In this document: positions 51,058 to 63,699 of the stretch, piece after piece
Numbering within the stretch: position 1 is the stretch's first letter
How the letters are laid out: each line of letters opens with the position of its first letter
Origin: Octopus vulgaris
Lineage: Eukaryota
Assembly (NCBI GenBank): GCA_951406725.2
Contig: OX597816.1
Location: forward strand, 136,834,001 to 136,898,000
DNA length: 64,000 nucleotides
Direction of reading: 5' to 3'
Notes under the pieces: model-generated
What the model was told of the DNA's origin: nothing
The model's input: the letters and a program-made list of their open reading frames with translations, nothing else
Database searches by the model: none
Program-made: the position numbers and the translations under genes

Positions 51058-51670
51058 GGGCACAGGCGTAGCTGTATAGTAAGAAGTTTGCTTCCCAACC
51101 ACATGGTTCCAGGTTCAGTCTTGGCTTGGGTAAGTGTCTTCTACTATAGCCTTGGGCTGACCAAAGCCTTATAAGTGGATTTGGTAGATGGAAACTGAAA
51201 GAAGCCCGTTGTATGACTGAAACAAGTAAAATAGTAAGATGCAGTAACTTGCTTCCCAATCTTGTGGTGTGGGGTTCAGTCTCAATTCACTGTACTTTGG
51301 GCAATATAACACTGGGCCAACTAAAGTCTTGTGAATGGATTTAGTAGATGGAAACTGAAAGAAGCTCATTGTGTATGTATGTATGTATGTATGTATGTAT
51401 GTATGTATGTATGTATGTATGTATGTATGTATGTATGTATGTATGCATGTATGTATGTATGCATATTTATAGGCATGCATCTTTGTGCTTGTGTTTGTCC
51501 TCCACCACAGCTTGACAACCAGTGTTGGTTTGTTAATGTCCCCATAACTTAGTAGTTCAGCAAAAAGAGACTAATAGAATATGTACCAAGCTTAAAAATA
51601 AGTATCAGGGTTGATTTTTGTTTTTTACCAAACCCTTTAAAGCTGCATGATTGAAACGAGTAAAAGATAA
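51058..51670 (+). mobile_element. Two family A SINEs with internal (ATGT)n
   Basis: Family A blocks, with a microsatellite at 51373-51460. Confidence 0.8.
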
Positions 51671-52867
51671 AAGATATGGTCACCCAAATAAACAGGTTAT
51701 TTATATTCATCAAACAACATATTTTCTCAAAATATTGAATGTTTAACTAAAAAGATCAACCCTGTGTTTCATGACCAACAGAAATGTTGATTTAAGTACA
51801 ATTACCGTTATTTTCATAGATGAAATATTTGGTAATACTTAATATTAATTTTAAAATATTATATTTATTTTTGCTAATTTTACCACTTTTCTTGCATGAT
51901 TCCACTTTTAACAAATGGAAAAATAAAGAGATGTGGTCTTTGATAGTTAACTGAGCATCTGTCTAATGCTGAGATAGTATTTGATATGTTCATTTGACTA
52001 AAAATTTTAATCTGTTCTTATATTTTTCATCAGATTATCACTGAAAATCCTCTCTAGAGCCAAGAAAAATTTTATTCCTGTCTGATAGCAGCTGCTACAT
52101 TTGTTTGTTTGTTTGTTTGTTTGTATGTATGTATGTATGTATATATGTATTTGAATATTAGCAACACTTCCATCCATCCATCATCAATCAATCTTCCCTA
52201 CCCATTGTTCCTGTGAGGGTCATGGTGGTAAAGTTCTCAGGCGTCTCCTCCATAAGTTCCTATCAGAAGCAACTGTTATTAGACTTTCCAGCTGGATTCT
52301 CAAGCGTGATCAACTGAAACTATGGATATTATTCAACCATCTCCTGCTGGTTGGCTCAGCTTGACAAAGCCATTTTGTAGTTCTTTCCTACAACACCCAA
52401 CTCACTCACACATTTGTAGTACTGGATCTATGACCTCTCAATGCAGTGAGGTAGCAGTGAAACCTGGAGAGACTCCTTGATCTTTGAGCTATGAACTTTA
52501 TTGAGTAATGTTACTCAAGGAACCACTTGAAGGAACCACTTTTCAGCCACTTGCATTCATGACTGTACACTTTCAGTCAACTGTACTCTTTCAGTCATTA
52601 TCCAAAATTCATGATGATAGGTGAGGATAGGTACAAAAGCCAAACTGAAGACCAGCTGCCTTCATACATGACTGTACTCTTTCAGTCATTATGCAATATT
52701 TATGACGAAAGGTGAGGATAGGCACGGAAGCCAAATTGAAGACAATATTTTGGTTTTTTTTTTATCAACTTCTCTTCTGAGAATCAAATGCTAGAGCTGG
52801 CACATTACTGTGACATCACCTATAATTCTAGCATCCAATCAAGCTTCCTGCTTCCCATCACTTGTAT

Positions 52868-53175
52868 ATCATCATCATCATTTAGCATCTGTTTTCCATA
52901 GTGGCATGGGTTAGACGGTTTGACTGCAATTGGTAAGCCAGAGAGCTGCACCAGGTTCCAGTCTAATTTGACATGGTTTCTACAGCTGGATGCCCTTCCT
53001 AACACCAGTCGCTCCAAGTGTACAATGGGTGCTTTTTATGTGCCACCAGAAAGGGTGCCAGTTATGTGACACCAGCAAGGGCTACCACTACGATTTCACT
53101 TGGCTTGACAAGTCTTCTCAAGCACAGCATATTGCCAAAGGTCTCGGTCACTTGTCATCACCTCTGTGCCATGAA
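52868..53175 (-). mobile_element. RTE 3'-end fragment
   Basis: (CAT)n followed by the conserved RTE terminus, up to cacttggcttgacaagtcttctcaagcacagcat (end of ORF). Confidence 0.8.
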
Positions 53176-53879
53176 AGAACCACATTTTAAAAGTAATAAG
53201 AAAAAAACTGATGTTTAATAAACATAATGACTTAACGTACATTCTGTTTCAGGGTGCGATGGAAAAGACCCTCCCCCTACCAATTTACACAGTCGTTGTT
53301 GTGGTTCTTCTGAAGTTAGGCAGGTGGCAATGGGTTCTTCACATAGCTAATATCATCATTATTTTCTTCAATTGCCATGGTTTGCACTGGTGCATGCCAT
53401 GCATCTGCAATCGGCACGTTTGTAGCAGAGCTTAGGCTTGAAAGAGCAGTGGTCCAGTAATGAGAAAAAGACCACAGCATATCAGATGGACTTGCCCTGA
53501 ATTTTGACCAATAGTATTTCAGCTGTAATTGTATGAAAGATGGAATTTTCCATGATTTGCCTGTCAAAATTTGGTCATAAATATAGAAGTGCAGAACATT
53601 CAGTGCAGAACATTCAGTGCAGAAGTCGGGAGAGGTTTCTGACAAGAGAGATGAACACAGGATTCTTGGTTGGCTACTTGTCCTTGGGTTGATAAGAATC
53701 ACTTTGTCTGTAAAGCACTTCTCCAAGCATGTGCACAGAACATTCTTAATTCTCACCTCTTGTCACACATGAATATGTAGCTTCCCATTCTTAGCTAGAC
53801 ATATCATACATATAACTCACCACTGGTAACCAGTGATACAGTGTTTGGTCATTATTACAATCATACAAATCATCATTGT

Positions 53880-54580
53880 CATCATCATCATCATATTTGT
53901 TTAATGTCTGCTTTCCATGCTGGCATGGGTTGGACAGTTTGACATGGAGGTGGCTAGCAGGGAGCTGTTCAGACTCCAACTGTCTGTTGTAGCATGGTTT
54001 TTATGGCTGGATGCCCTTCCTAATGCCAACCACTTAACACAGTGTGCTGGGTGCTTTTTACATACTGCCAGCATAGATGCGTTAACACAGCACCAGCAAT
54101 GGTCCTTTTTAAGTGACACTTGCAAAGACAAGCCTGTATGTGTGGAAGACAACGATTTTACTTAGCTTGACATGTCTTATCAAGTACAGCAAATTTCCAC
54201 ATCTCCCAGTCCCTTGACATTTCCTCAGTGAGGCCCAGCATCTGAAAATCCTTTCTCACCACTTTATCCCATATCTTCCTGGAGCTATCCCTTTCACAGG
54301 TACCCTCCACAATTAGAGCTCAGCACTTCTTTATGCAGCTAACCTCATCACATGACCAAACCAGTGCAGTCTTCTCTCTTGCACATATCTGATGCCTCTT
54401 ATACAGTTTTCCTCTTAAATCATTTACACTCTTTCATGCATGCACACTGACATTACCCATCCAGCAGTTCATGATAGCTTCATTTCTTTCAAGCCTTCAC
54501 AAGTTCTCTGTAGTCATAGCCAAGGTTTCACTGCTGTGTAACATAGCTGTATGTGTGCAGGCATCATACAATCTGTCTAA
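53880..54580 (-). mobile_element. RTE C-terminus plus 3' end, decayed
   Basis: Aligns with 58500-59490. Confidence 0.75.
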
Positions 54581-55019
54581 ATAAGTGATGTCTTCAAAAA
54601 TATAAAATGGTCTTGGTTTTATATGGGAAACAAGCATGCAATGAAATTCAGCCCGACCAATCATTCAACATCAGTTAATCAAGCTTCTACATGTTTATCA
54701 AGAATGCTGACCCTGAGGATATTATCTTGCACACTGTATTTAATATAGACTTGTATGGCAAGAATAATCAAATAAAATTTTTTACAGAAAATAAATTGAA
54801 GGATTAGATCCAAAGAGAATTAAATAAGAGGAAGAGTTTTGTGCAAATTTTTTTTTTTAATTCTATTGAAGTGAAAACAATAAAAATCTCTTTATTTAAT
54901 TATTGGAGATTTTATTTAATCACCGTTGAGTCTGAAATGACAGCAATTCATTTATACAATAAAAGTCATTCATGTTAATCACTTACGCCAAGAAATGGGA
55001 AAATGATTCTGCTGAGATT

Positions 55020-55397
55020 ATTGTGTGATAAGAAGTTTGCTTCCCAACCACAGGGTTCCAGGTTCAGACCCACTGCATGACACCTGGGGCAAGTGTCTTC
55101 TACTATAGCCCTGTGAATGGATTTGGCAGACAGAAACTGAAAGAAGCCTGGCATATATATATGTATATCTACACGTGTGTGTTTTTGTGTCTGTATTTGT
55201 GTCTCACCACTGTTTGTCAGTTGACGTCAATGTGTTTACATCCCTGTAACTTAGTGGTTCAGCAAAAAGACCAGTGGAATGAGTACGAAGCTGTAAAAAT
55301 TAAGTGTTAGGGTTGATTTATTCAACTGAAATTTTGCAAGATAGTGCCCTAGCATGGTCAAAGTCTAATGATTGAAACAAGCAAAAGAAAAGATAAA

Positions 55398-55400
<3 letters not shown>
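55020..55400 (+). mobile_element. SINE family A
   Basis: Family A blocks, followed by (TA)n(CATA)n(CA)n. Confidence 0.8.
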
Positions 55401-55432
<32 letters not shown>

Positions 55433-55444
55433 TACATACATACA

Positions 55445-55479
<35 letters not shown>

Positions 55480-55525
55480 TTACATATATAATCTTTTTCT
55501 ATATTTATGTATCTATGTATTTGTC

Positions 55526-55574
<49 letters not shown>

Positions 55575-55582
55575 TTGTATAT

Positions 55583-55874
55583 ATAAAAAATAATATGCAG
55601 GAAACAGGTGTGGTATTCAAAGCTTTATAGGACCTGCATTCATTTAATCATAATGCCAAAATAACTACAGAACAGATGTAGAAACAATATGCAATCATGC
55701 ATTTCATCTCATCAGTTTCCCACTGTAAAAAGTAGGACACAGATGAGGTGAAATGTATGGTGCCATAATGTTTCTACTTCTGTTATGTAATTATTTTGGC
55801 ACTTTGCTGAGATGTGTGTCTGTGCTATAAAACTTTGAATGCCACACCTGTTTTCTGCTTATTAATTTTTTTAT
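55583..55874. repeat. About 290-bp imperfect palindrome with a 6-nt central loop
   Basis: gcaggaaacaggtgtggtattcaaagctttatag / ctataaaactttgaatgccacacctgttttctgc; tgccaaaataa / ttattttggca; centre act-gtaaaa-agt at 55722-55733. Confidence 0.85.
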
Positions 55875-56262
55875 TATTATTTGGCTTGTATACTGCACTT
55901 TAGCCTTTCATGAGTTTGGTGTCCTGCGTTGTACTATACTACATACTGGAGTGGATTGCAGAGTCTACTACTGAATGCAGTATTGGTTGTGTGTCACACT
56001 TTACTGTGCCTCCTTTTTGATGTGGTTCGGCAAAAAGACTAATGGAATAAGTAAACAGGCTTCAAAAAGAAAAGAAAAAAGCACCATGTTCAGTTCATTT
56101 AACTGAAAATTTTGAAGATGGTGCTCCAGCATGGCAGCAAATCTAATAACTGAAACAAATAAAAGATAATAGATAATATTCTTTTATTCTTTTACTTGTT
56201 TTAGTCATTAGACTACAGCCATGCTGGAGCACCACATATATATATAATACATATAATATACA

Positions 56263-56324
<62 letters not shown>

Positions 56325-56327
<3 letters not shown>

Positions 56328-56823
56328 TCATCATCATCGTTTAGCGTCCGTTTTCCATGCTAGCATGGGTTGGACGGTTCTACTGGGGTCTGTGAAGCCA
56401 GAAGGCTTCATCAGGCCCAGTCAAATCTGGCAGTGTTTCTACGGCTGGATGCCCTTCCTAACGCCAACCACTCCGTGAGTGTAGTGGGTGCTTTTTACGT
56501 GCCACCCGCACTGGTGCCAGACAGAGCTGGCAAACGGCCACGAACGGATGGTGCTTTTTATGTGCCACCGGCACGAGGGCCAGGCGAGGCTGGCAACGGA
56601 CACGAAACGGGGCGGTGCTGGCAACGGTCGCGAAACGGAAAGTTCTCTTACATGCCACCGGCACTGGTAACACATCTGCAATTTCCATTGATCGATTTCG
56701 ATTCTGATCCTTACTTGCCTCAACGGGTCTTCACAAGCAGAGTTTTGACATGCCACCGGCACTGGTAGCACATCCGCAATTTCCATTGATCGATTTCGAT
56801 TCTGATCCTCACTTGCCTCAACA
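56325..56823 (-). mobile_element. RTE 3' UTR fragment with an internal tandem duplication
   Basis: (CAT)n terminus; catgccaccggcactggta...acttgcctcaac is repeated at 56651 and 56749. Confidence 0.85.
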
Positions 56824-56874
56824 CGTCTTATATATATATATATATATACACACACATATGCATATATATATACT

Positions 56875-57440
56875 CTTTTACTCTTTTACTTGTTTCAGTC
56901 ATTTGACTGGGGCCATGCTGGAGCACTGCCTTTAGTCAAGCAAATCGACCCCAGGACTTATTTTTTGTAAGCCTAGGACTTATCCTATTGGTCTCTTTTG
57001 CCAAACTGCTAAGTTACGAGGATGTAAACACACCTGCATCGGTTGTCAAGCGATGTTGGGGGGGGGGGACAAACACAGACACACAAACACATGCACACAC
57101 ACATACATATATATGACGAGCTTCTTTCAGTTTCCGTCTACCAAATCCACTCACAAGGCTTTGGTCGGCCTGAGGCTATGGTAGAAGACACTTGCCCAAG
57201 GTGTCACGCAGTGGGACTGAACGCGGAACCATGTGGCTCGTAAGCAAGCTACTTACCACACATCCACTCCTATAATATCTATATATATATGATAGATGTA
57301 TATAGGCACAGGCGTAGCTGTGTGGTAATAAGCTGGCTTCCCAACCACATAATTCTGGATTCAGTCCTGCTGTGTGACACTTTGGGCAAGTGTCTTGTAC
57401 TATAGCCTTGGGCCGACCAAAGGCTTGTGAATGGATTTGT
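56875..57440. mobile_element. Head-to-head family A SINEs (- 56875-57270, + 57304-57440)
   Basis: Family A blocks. Confidence 0.8.
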
Positions 57441-57444
57441 GAGG

Positions 57445-57894
57445 CAGTGCTGGAATAGCCATTAAACAAAAACATATGCTTAGGGCATCAAGGGAAGTGG
57501 GACATCACAGAAATGATAAATGGTTTACAATACAAAAGAAATTGCTTTAAAATTACTAAAATATTTGAAGTGATTTACATGATCAGAAATATAATTTCAA
57601 ATGTTTGTGATGCCATATTGAGAATCTGATCAATGACTTTGCAATTAAAAAAATTAAGAGAAAACTTTTCAAATATAAATAAAGTGTAAGTATACAAAAA
57701 TAAACATTATTTTCCATTTTACTGTTAGTTATGTGTGATTTTGAAAAATAAAATTTATTTTATGGTTTATTATTGTTTATATTTATTATTGTTATATAAA
57801 TGGGGCACCAAAATATATTTATTATTGTTTATATAAATGGGGCACCAAAATCTTTTAAGTGCTTAGGGCCTCTGTGGGTCTTAATCCAGCCCTG
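57445..57894. mobile_element. hAT/Tip100-like MITE
   Basis: TIR CAGTGCTGGAATA ... TAATCCAGCCCTG. Contains an internal duplication of tttattattgtt.atataaatggggcaccaaaat. The TSD is poorly conserved. Confidence 0.55.
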
Positions 57895-58500
57895 TACAGA
57901 GGTTTATCTTTGGTTAGGTATTAATTCTGCAGCTGTCTTAACAGAAATGTAGCATCAGCGGTGCTTCTCCCAAGCACAAAACCAAACTGCATCTCATCTA
58001 CACTAACTCTCTCCCTTATTAGTTGGGCTATAACTCTCACTGTAACTTTCATCACCTGATCCAACAATTTGATATCTCTGTAATTATTTCTATCTAAGGC
58101 ATCACCTTTACCTTTGTAGCATGGATATAACTCCTTCATGTACCATCTGGTTAACTATACTAGTGACTAGACCATAGCCTACACTGCCAGATATTTTAAG
58201 CATCTCAGCGGTGATTCCTGATGGGCCAGGGGCTTTCCTTGTCTTCATATCCTTATTTGCTTTATCTACCAAGGTATTGTTGACTTGGATAGCTCATCCC
58301 TCAGTTGGGTCAAAATGTGGCAGACTCTCTTTCTCCTATTCATTCTCTTTATTTAAAAGCCTTTCATAGTGGCGTTTCCAAGCCCTTTCTTTGCAGGATC
58401 ATTAAATGCAAGTGAATCATCATCCATGTGGACATATAGTTCTCTCCTATGACATCGCAATTTTCTCTCACACACTGTCTTGCAATCCAAAACAGTTCGT
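57895..58500 (-). mobile_element. RTE LINE fragment (RT N-terminal domains)
   Basis: ORF 57921..58139: PCYKGKGDALDRNNYRDIKLLDQVMKV...QFGFVLGRSTADATFLLRQLQ. Confidence 0.9.
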
Positions 58501-58502
58501 AC

Positions 58503-60688
58503 ATCATCATCATCATTGTTTAATGCCTTCTTTCCATGCTAGCATGGGTTGGACGATTTGACTGAGGAGTGGCAAACCAGATGGCTGCACCAGGCTACAA
58601 TCTGATCTGGCAGAGTTTCTACAGCTGGATGCCCTTCCTAATGCCGACCAGTCTGAGAGTGTAGTGGGTGCTTTTACTGGCAATGGCCAATCTCAAATGG
58701 TGTTTTTTACATGCCACCTGCATAAGAGCCAGTCCACTGGCACTGGCATCGACCTCATTCGAATGTTTTTTCACGTGTCACCAGCATAAGTGCCAGTAAG
58801 GTGACGCTCGTAACGATCATGCTCGAATCGTGCTTTTTATGTGCCACTGGCATGGAAGCCAGTTAGCTACTCTGGCAACGATCATGCTCGGATGGTGCTC
58901 TTAGCGCTCCTCTAGCATGGACGCCAGTCATCAAATTTGATTTCGATTTCACTTGCCTCAACAGGTCTTTGCAAGCAGAGTTTAGTGTCCAATGAAGGAA
59001 AGGTATGAATAAGTGGGCTGGTTACACCCCTGGCATATGCCATAAGGTTATGGTCTCACTTGGCTTGCAGGGTCTTCTCAAGTACAGCATATTTCCAGAG
59101 GCCTCGGTCACTAGTCATTGCCTTGGTGAGGCCTAACGTTCGAAGGTCATGCTTTACCACCTCATCCCAGGACTTCCTGGGTCTACCTCTTCCACAGGTT
59201 CCCTCAAGCGCTAGGGTGTGGCACTTTTTCACACAGCTATTCTCATCCATTCTCACCACATGACCATGCCAGCACAGTCGTTTCTCTTGCACACCACATC
59301 TAATGCTTCTTTGGTCCAACTTTTCTCTCAAGGTACTTACACTCTGTCGAGTATGCACATTGACATTACACATTCATTGGAGCATACTGGCTTCATTCCT
59401 TGCGGGCTTACACATGTCCTCAGCAGTCACAGCCCATGTTTCACTGCCATGTAGCATGGCTGTTCGTACACATGCATCATACAGTCTGCCTTTTACTTTG
59501 AGTGAGAGGCCTTTTGTCACCAGCAAAGGTAAGAGCTCTCTGAACTTTGCCCAGGCTATTATTCTAGCAGCTACACTTTCAGTGCACCCTTCCCCGCTAC
59601 TGACTTGGTCACCTAGGTAACGGAAGCTATCAACTACTTCTAGTTTTTCTCCCTGGAATGTGGCGGAAGTTGTTCTCTGCACATTTTCAGTGTTTATTGC
59701 TCCTGAGCATCTTCCACATACAAAAACTATCTTCCCAGTTAGCATTCCTTTGATATTGCCGCACCTCTTATGTGTCCATAGCTTACACTGGGTACATCTT
59801 ATAGAGTTTCTACCTATGCCTTTTCTACAGATTGAGCAGGGCCATCTACCTGAAAGGATTTGTAGTTTGCCTGCCTTCCTACTTATTAGAACTTTGGTTT
59901 TAGCTAGGTTGATTCCTAGGCCCTTCGATTCTAATACTTGTTTCCACACCTGAAACTTCTCCTCTAGTTCTGTCAGTGACTCAGCAATTAGAGCAAGGTC
60001 GTCAGCATAGAGGAATTCCCAGGGGCATCCTGTCTTGAATTCCTCTGTTATTGCCTGGAAGACTATGATAAATAGGAGGGGGCTGAGGACTGAACCTTGG
60101 TGGACACCAACTTCTACCCGGAATTCTTCACTATACTTGTTGCCAATTCTCACCTTACTGACAGCGTCCATGTACATAGCTTGCACAGCTCTCACTAACC
60201 ATTAATCTATCCCTAGTTTCCTCATTGACCACCAGATAAGGGATCGGGGGACCTTATCAAAGGCTTTCTCCTTGTCAACAAAAGCCAGGTTCAGAGGTTT
60301 ATCTTTGGCTAGGTATTTCTCCTAAGGCGGCGAGCTGGCAGAATCGTTAGCACATCGGGCGAAATGCTTAGCGGTATTTCGTCTGCAGTTACATTCTGAG
60401 TTCAAATTCCGCCAAGGTCGACTTTGCCTTTCATCCTTTCGGGGTCGATTAAATAAGTACCAGTTATGCACTGGGGTCGATGTAATCGACTTAATACCTA
60501 TGTCTGTCCTTGTTTGTCCCCTCTATGTTTGGCCCCTTGTGGGTATTAAAGAAATAGGTATTTCTCCTGCAGCTGTCTTACCAGAAATATAGCATCAGTG
60601 GTGCTTTCCCCTGGCATGAACCCAAACTGCATCTCATCTAAACTGACTCACTCCCTAATTAGTTGGGCTATGACCCTCTCCGTGACCT
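58503..60688 (-). mobile_element. 5'-truncated RTE-clade LINE (RT, PHD-like finger, 3' UTR, (GAT)n tail), interrupted by a SINE
   Basis: ORF 59374..60195 has VGVHQGSVLSPLLF, LYADDL and LEVVDSFRYLG. ORF 59056..59373 has the RTE C-terminus (RL.W.GHV.RM, RGRPRK.W). Premature stops are present. Confidence 0.95.
60324..60554 (+). mobile_element. Young family B SINE inserted into the RTE with a 14-bp TSD
   Basis: TAGGTATTTCTCCT occurs at 60310-60323 and 60555-60568; CpGs in the SINE are intact. Confidence 0.95.
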
Positions 60689-60927
60689 TATAGGTATAAA
60701 TACAAATTATATAATAGGCTTCTTTCAGATTCCATCACAAGATTCTGGTCAATCTAGAGTCATAGTAGAAGACACTTGCCAAGCTGCCACAGAGTGTGAC
60801 TGAACCTGCAACAATGTGGAACCATACATCCATACGAAAACTTCATCAAATAGAAGTTGTGGAAACAAAAAAAAAAATTCACTGCTGCGCAACACAAAAG
60901 TAAAACTTCTTTCTTACATTTAAAAAG

Positions 60928-60936
60928 AAAAAAAAA
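60928..60936 (-). terminator. Pol III oligo-T terminator of tRNA-Phe
   Basis: T9 run on the minus strand, about 18 nt downstream of the tRNA 3' end. Confidence 0.75.
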
Positions 60937-60954
60937 TTTGTGCCAACCACCGGA

Positions 60955-61027
60955 TGCCGAAACCCGGGATCGAACCAGGGACCTTTAGATCTTCAGTCTA
61001 ACGCTCTCCCAACTGAGCTATTTCGGC
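60955..61027 (-). tRNA. tRNA-Phe-GAA: tRNA-Phe (GAA), intronless, intact
   Basis: GCCGAAATAGCTCAGTTGGGAGAGCGTTAGACTGAAGATCTAAAGGTCCCTGGTTCGATCCCGGGTTTCGGCA, 73 nt, full cloverleaf with A and B boxes. Confidence 0.99.
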
Positions 61028-62031
61028 TGGCAGTTGAAGTGGTCCATAATAATGCTTTTATTGAAAGCCCATTCTGTTTCTACTGCTGATTTTATTCACT
61101 TATGTCGTAGGTTATCGTAGCAACTGTAAACAGCAGCTAGAGAATGTTGTGTGACGTCACAGCTCAACCGTCTGCAGCTATCTTGTTTCTCCAGTTACTA
61201 CGTTCTGTCTTCTTTCAACCACTCATTCATATTGCGAAGACAAGCTACCATCAAAATAATTCTTAATCGGATGGCGGTACATTAACAGAATCGTTAGATC
61301 GTCGAATAAAATGCCTTTTTTTTTAAATATTTAATTGCGTCGCTTTACTTACTGTGTTCAATTCCCGCCGAAATCATCTTTCCCTTTCGTTCTTTCCGGG
61401 TCGATTAAATAAATTACTAATCAAGGCAATGTGGGGTATATATATAAATTTTGTTTCTTTATAACTTTTTGGAAAATGAATTTTTTATTTTCTAACGAAA
61501 TTTTCTACGAATAGGTTTCTGATAATTAGATTGATATTATACCGGAATTTGACGTGTGAAAAAAAGTGTGTACGTGTGTGTATGTGTATGTTGTGGGGAG
61601 GTGTACAGATGTGTGTTTGTGTGAGACCTAACTGTCTTTGTATTTAGTATGAAGAATATTCCCCTGCGTTAAATTCACGCTTCATCTAAATGTATGAGGT
61701 AACAACGTCATTATGTGAATTATCACCCTCACCTCGATTTTTTTCTTTTCCCATCAAATTCAGAAAGGATTTTAATGTACTCCTGAAATGTATTAGAAAA
61801 TTTTTATTGAGAAATAGCTATTTTACCAAAAGTTATGACGAAACAAAACCAAAGAATGTGAATTTTTCAAAACTCGTCTCCACCATCAAAATGACTTCTC
61901 AGTAAATTCTGATATAATCTACACCATATAAAATGTATCCCAGGAAAATTTCATTACGAATATGAAGAAACAAAGTTGGGGATGAGGCCACATATCTGTA
62001 GTTATACCCTAATCAACAACTGGATTCGATA

Positions 62032-62844
62032 TAAAGGGTTTGGGCTAAATTTGATACTCTACATAAAAGGAAAGGAAAACAACATCCCATCCAAAAAGAA
62101 AAACCCAAAAAACAAATACGTTATGACTGGGTCATAACAGTTTACTCAAATTGGCCGCTCTAAGCTTCCACCATGGCCTGAAAACGACTTGGGAACCTGG
62201 TGCATTCGTTCCTCACTGTATCTCTGGGAATAATTTAAATACCACCAGCTCAGCCTTCCTGTTGCAGGCAGAGTGGTTGATGTCTTCCTTAACTGCACTC
62301 TACACATGGGATTAGAATCAGGGGAATTAGAAAGTCAGAAATTGGAGCTAGTGAAGGCATAAAAATTCTCCGACAACCACTTCTGACTGTTTACAGAAGT
62401 ATGGCAAGGAGTCAAATCTGAATGTCAAATATATGACCTTCCAGCAGCAACCCTCTTCAGTCAGGGTTTGACCACATTTGCCATCAGCTTCACATAGCTG
62501 TCTGAATAGAGCCTAAAGCTTCTGTTCAAAGATGTGGTGTGGCATGACATCACCCTCACTTTGTTTTTCGTGTCTCTATCATGTCTTACAGCCTTTCCAG
62601 TGTTCACAAAGTATTGAGCAGCAGAGATGATGTCAGCATTTTGATACCCAGCACAAATCATCATGATACAGGTCACTCTTTCCAAATATTCAGATGGCTT
62701 CCAGTCTTCTTTGTCAGCTAACTTTTTCTCAACTACAACTTCAATCTTTATGCTCTCCAATGCTGTTGAGTGTTCACCAATTCATCAAGCTATTCCTGAA
62801 AAATAGAAAACATAAAATTGTCATATTTAGCCCAACACCTTGTA
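62032..62844 (-). mobile_element. Internally deleted Tc1/mariner element
   Basis: Imperfect TIRs taaagggtttgggctaaatttgata / tgtcatatttagcccaacaccttgta. An NSPDSNP remnant lies at about 62308-62328 (-). ORF 62461..62760 may be the transposase N-terminus. Confidence 0.6.
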
Positions 62845-63699
62845 ATTAAAATTCTGTCCTTGTGCTTATGCAACATTAGTGGTTAAGGTGATAGTCATTG
62901 GTTCCATTCCAGGAATGAGAGGCATATTGCGTCTTTGAGCAAGGATCTTCATTTCACATTGCTCATGTGAGCCAAGTGCTGGTACAGCCCTTTCTCTTTC
63001 TAGTTGTCACATTTTGGATGCTCTACTGATGCAAGGATGGAAGGGCTGAGAGGGTAGCTGTGACTGGATATGAACTGCAGGGTTGAGTAAAGGAAAGAAC
63101 ATCTAGGAGGTTGCTTGAGTATTAGAAATAGCAACCAAGTCATGCCATACCTTCTTAAAAAAGGACAAGAAAGGTTACCTTAGAAAATACAGCCCAAGGT
63201 GAACTATGCCTACAAAAATAAAAAAAAAATTAAAAATAGACTTGGTGCTCCCAGGTAGAACACTGTGGTGTGCGCGAGGTAGTCAATATATAAAGGCACC
63301 TACCTTCTCTTCGCTCTGATAGAGACCCTTCAGTGGTAACGGATCCTTCGTCACAGCCCCGACCCGAACGCTAATGATAGCAGCTGCTTCACCCAACCTT
63401 AGCAACGTCTTCACACATCTTAACACCTCGACGACCCTCGTTGGAAAGGCCGAAATCCCCGCTCCCTGCGCACGCCTCACAGCTGCCCCTTCCGGTTGCC
63501 CCAACTTCCGGTCAACGCACCCAGCTGCTGACGTCATCCCACAAACACTTTAGATCTATTATCACTCATTCAGGTTGATGCTAACCCCTCTTGCTGCTCT
63601 GTCAGGGAAAAGTAACCCTGTTGTCTGTGTCACCTTTGTGTAGCTATGGTTGTCAGTGTACCTATATATGTCATTTCATTACTTTCCTTTTACTACATG

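Noticed and set aside
59056-60195. Intact, active RT gene
   Set aside because: Premature stops, 5' truncation and a SINE insertion make it a dead copy.
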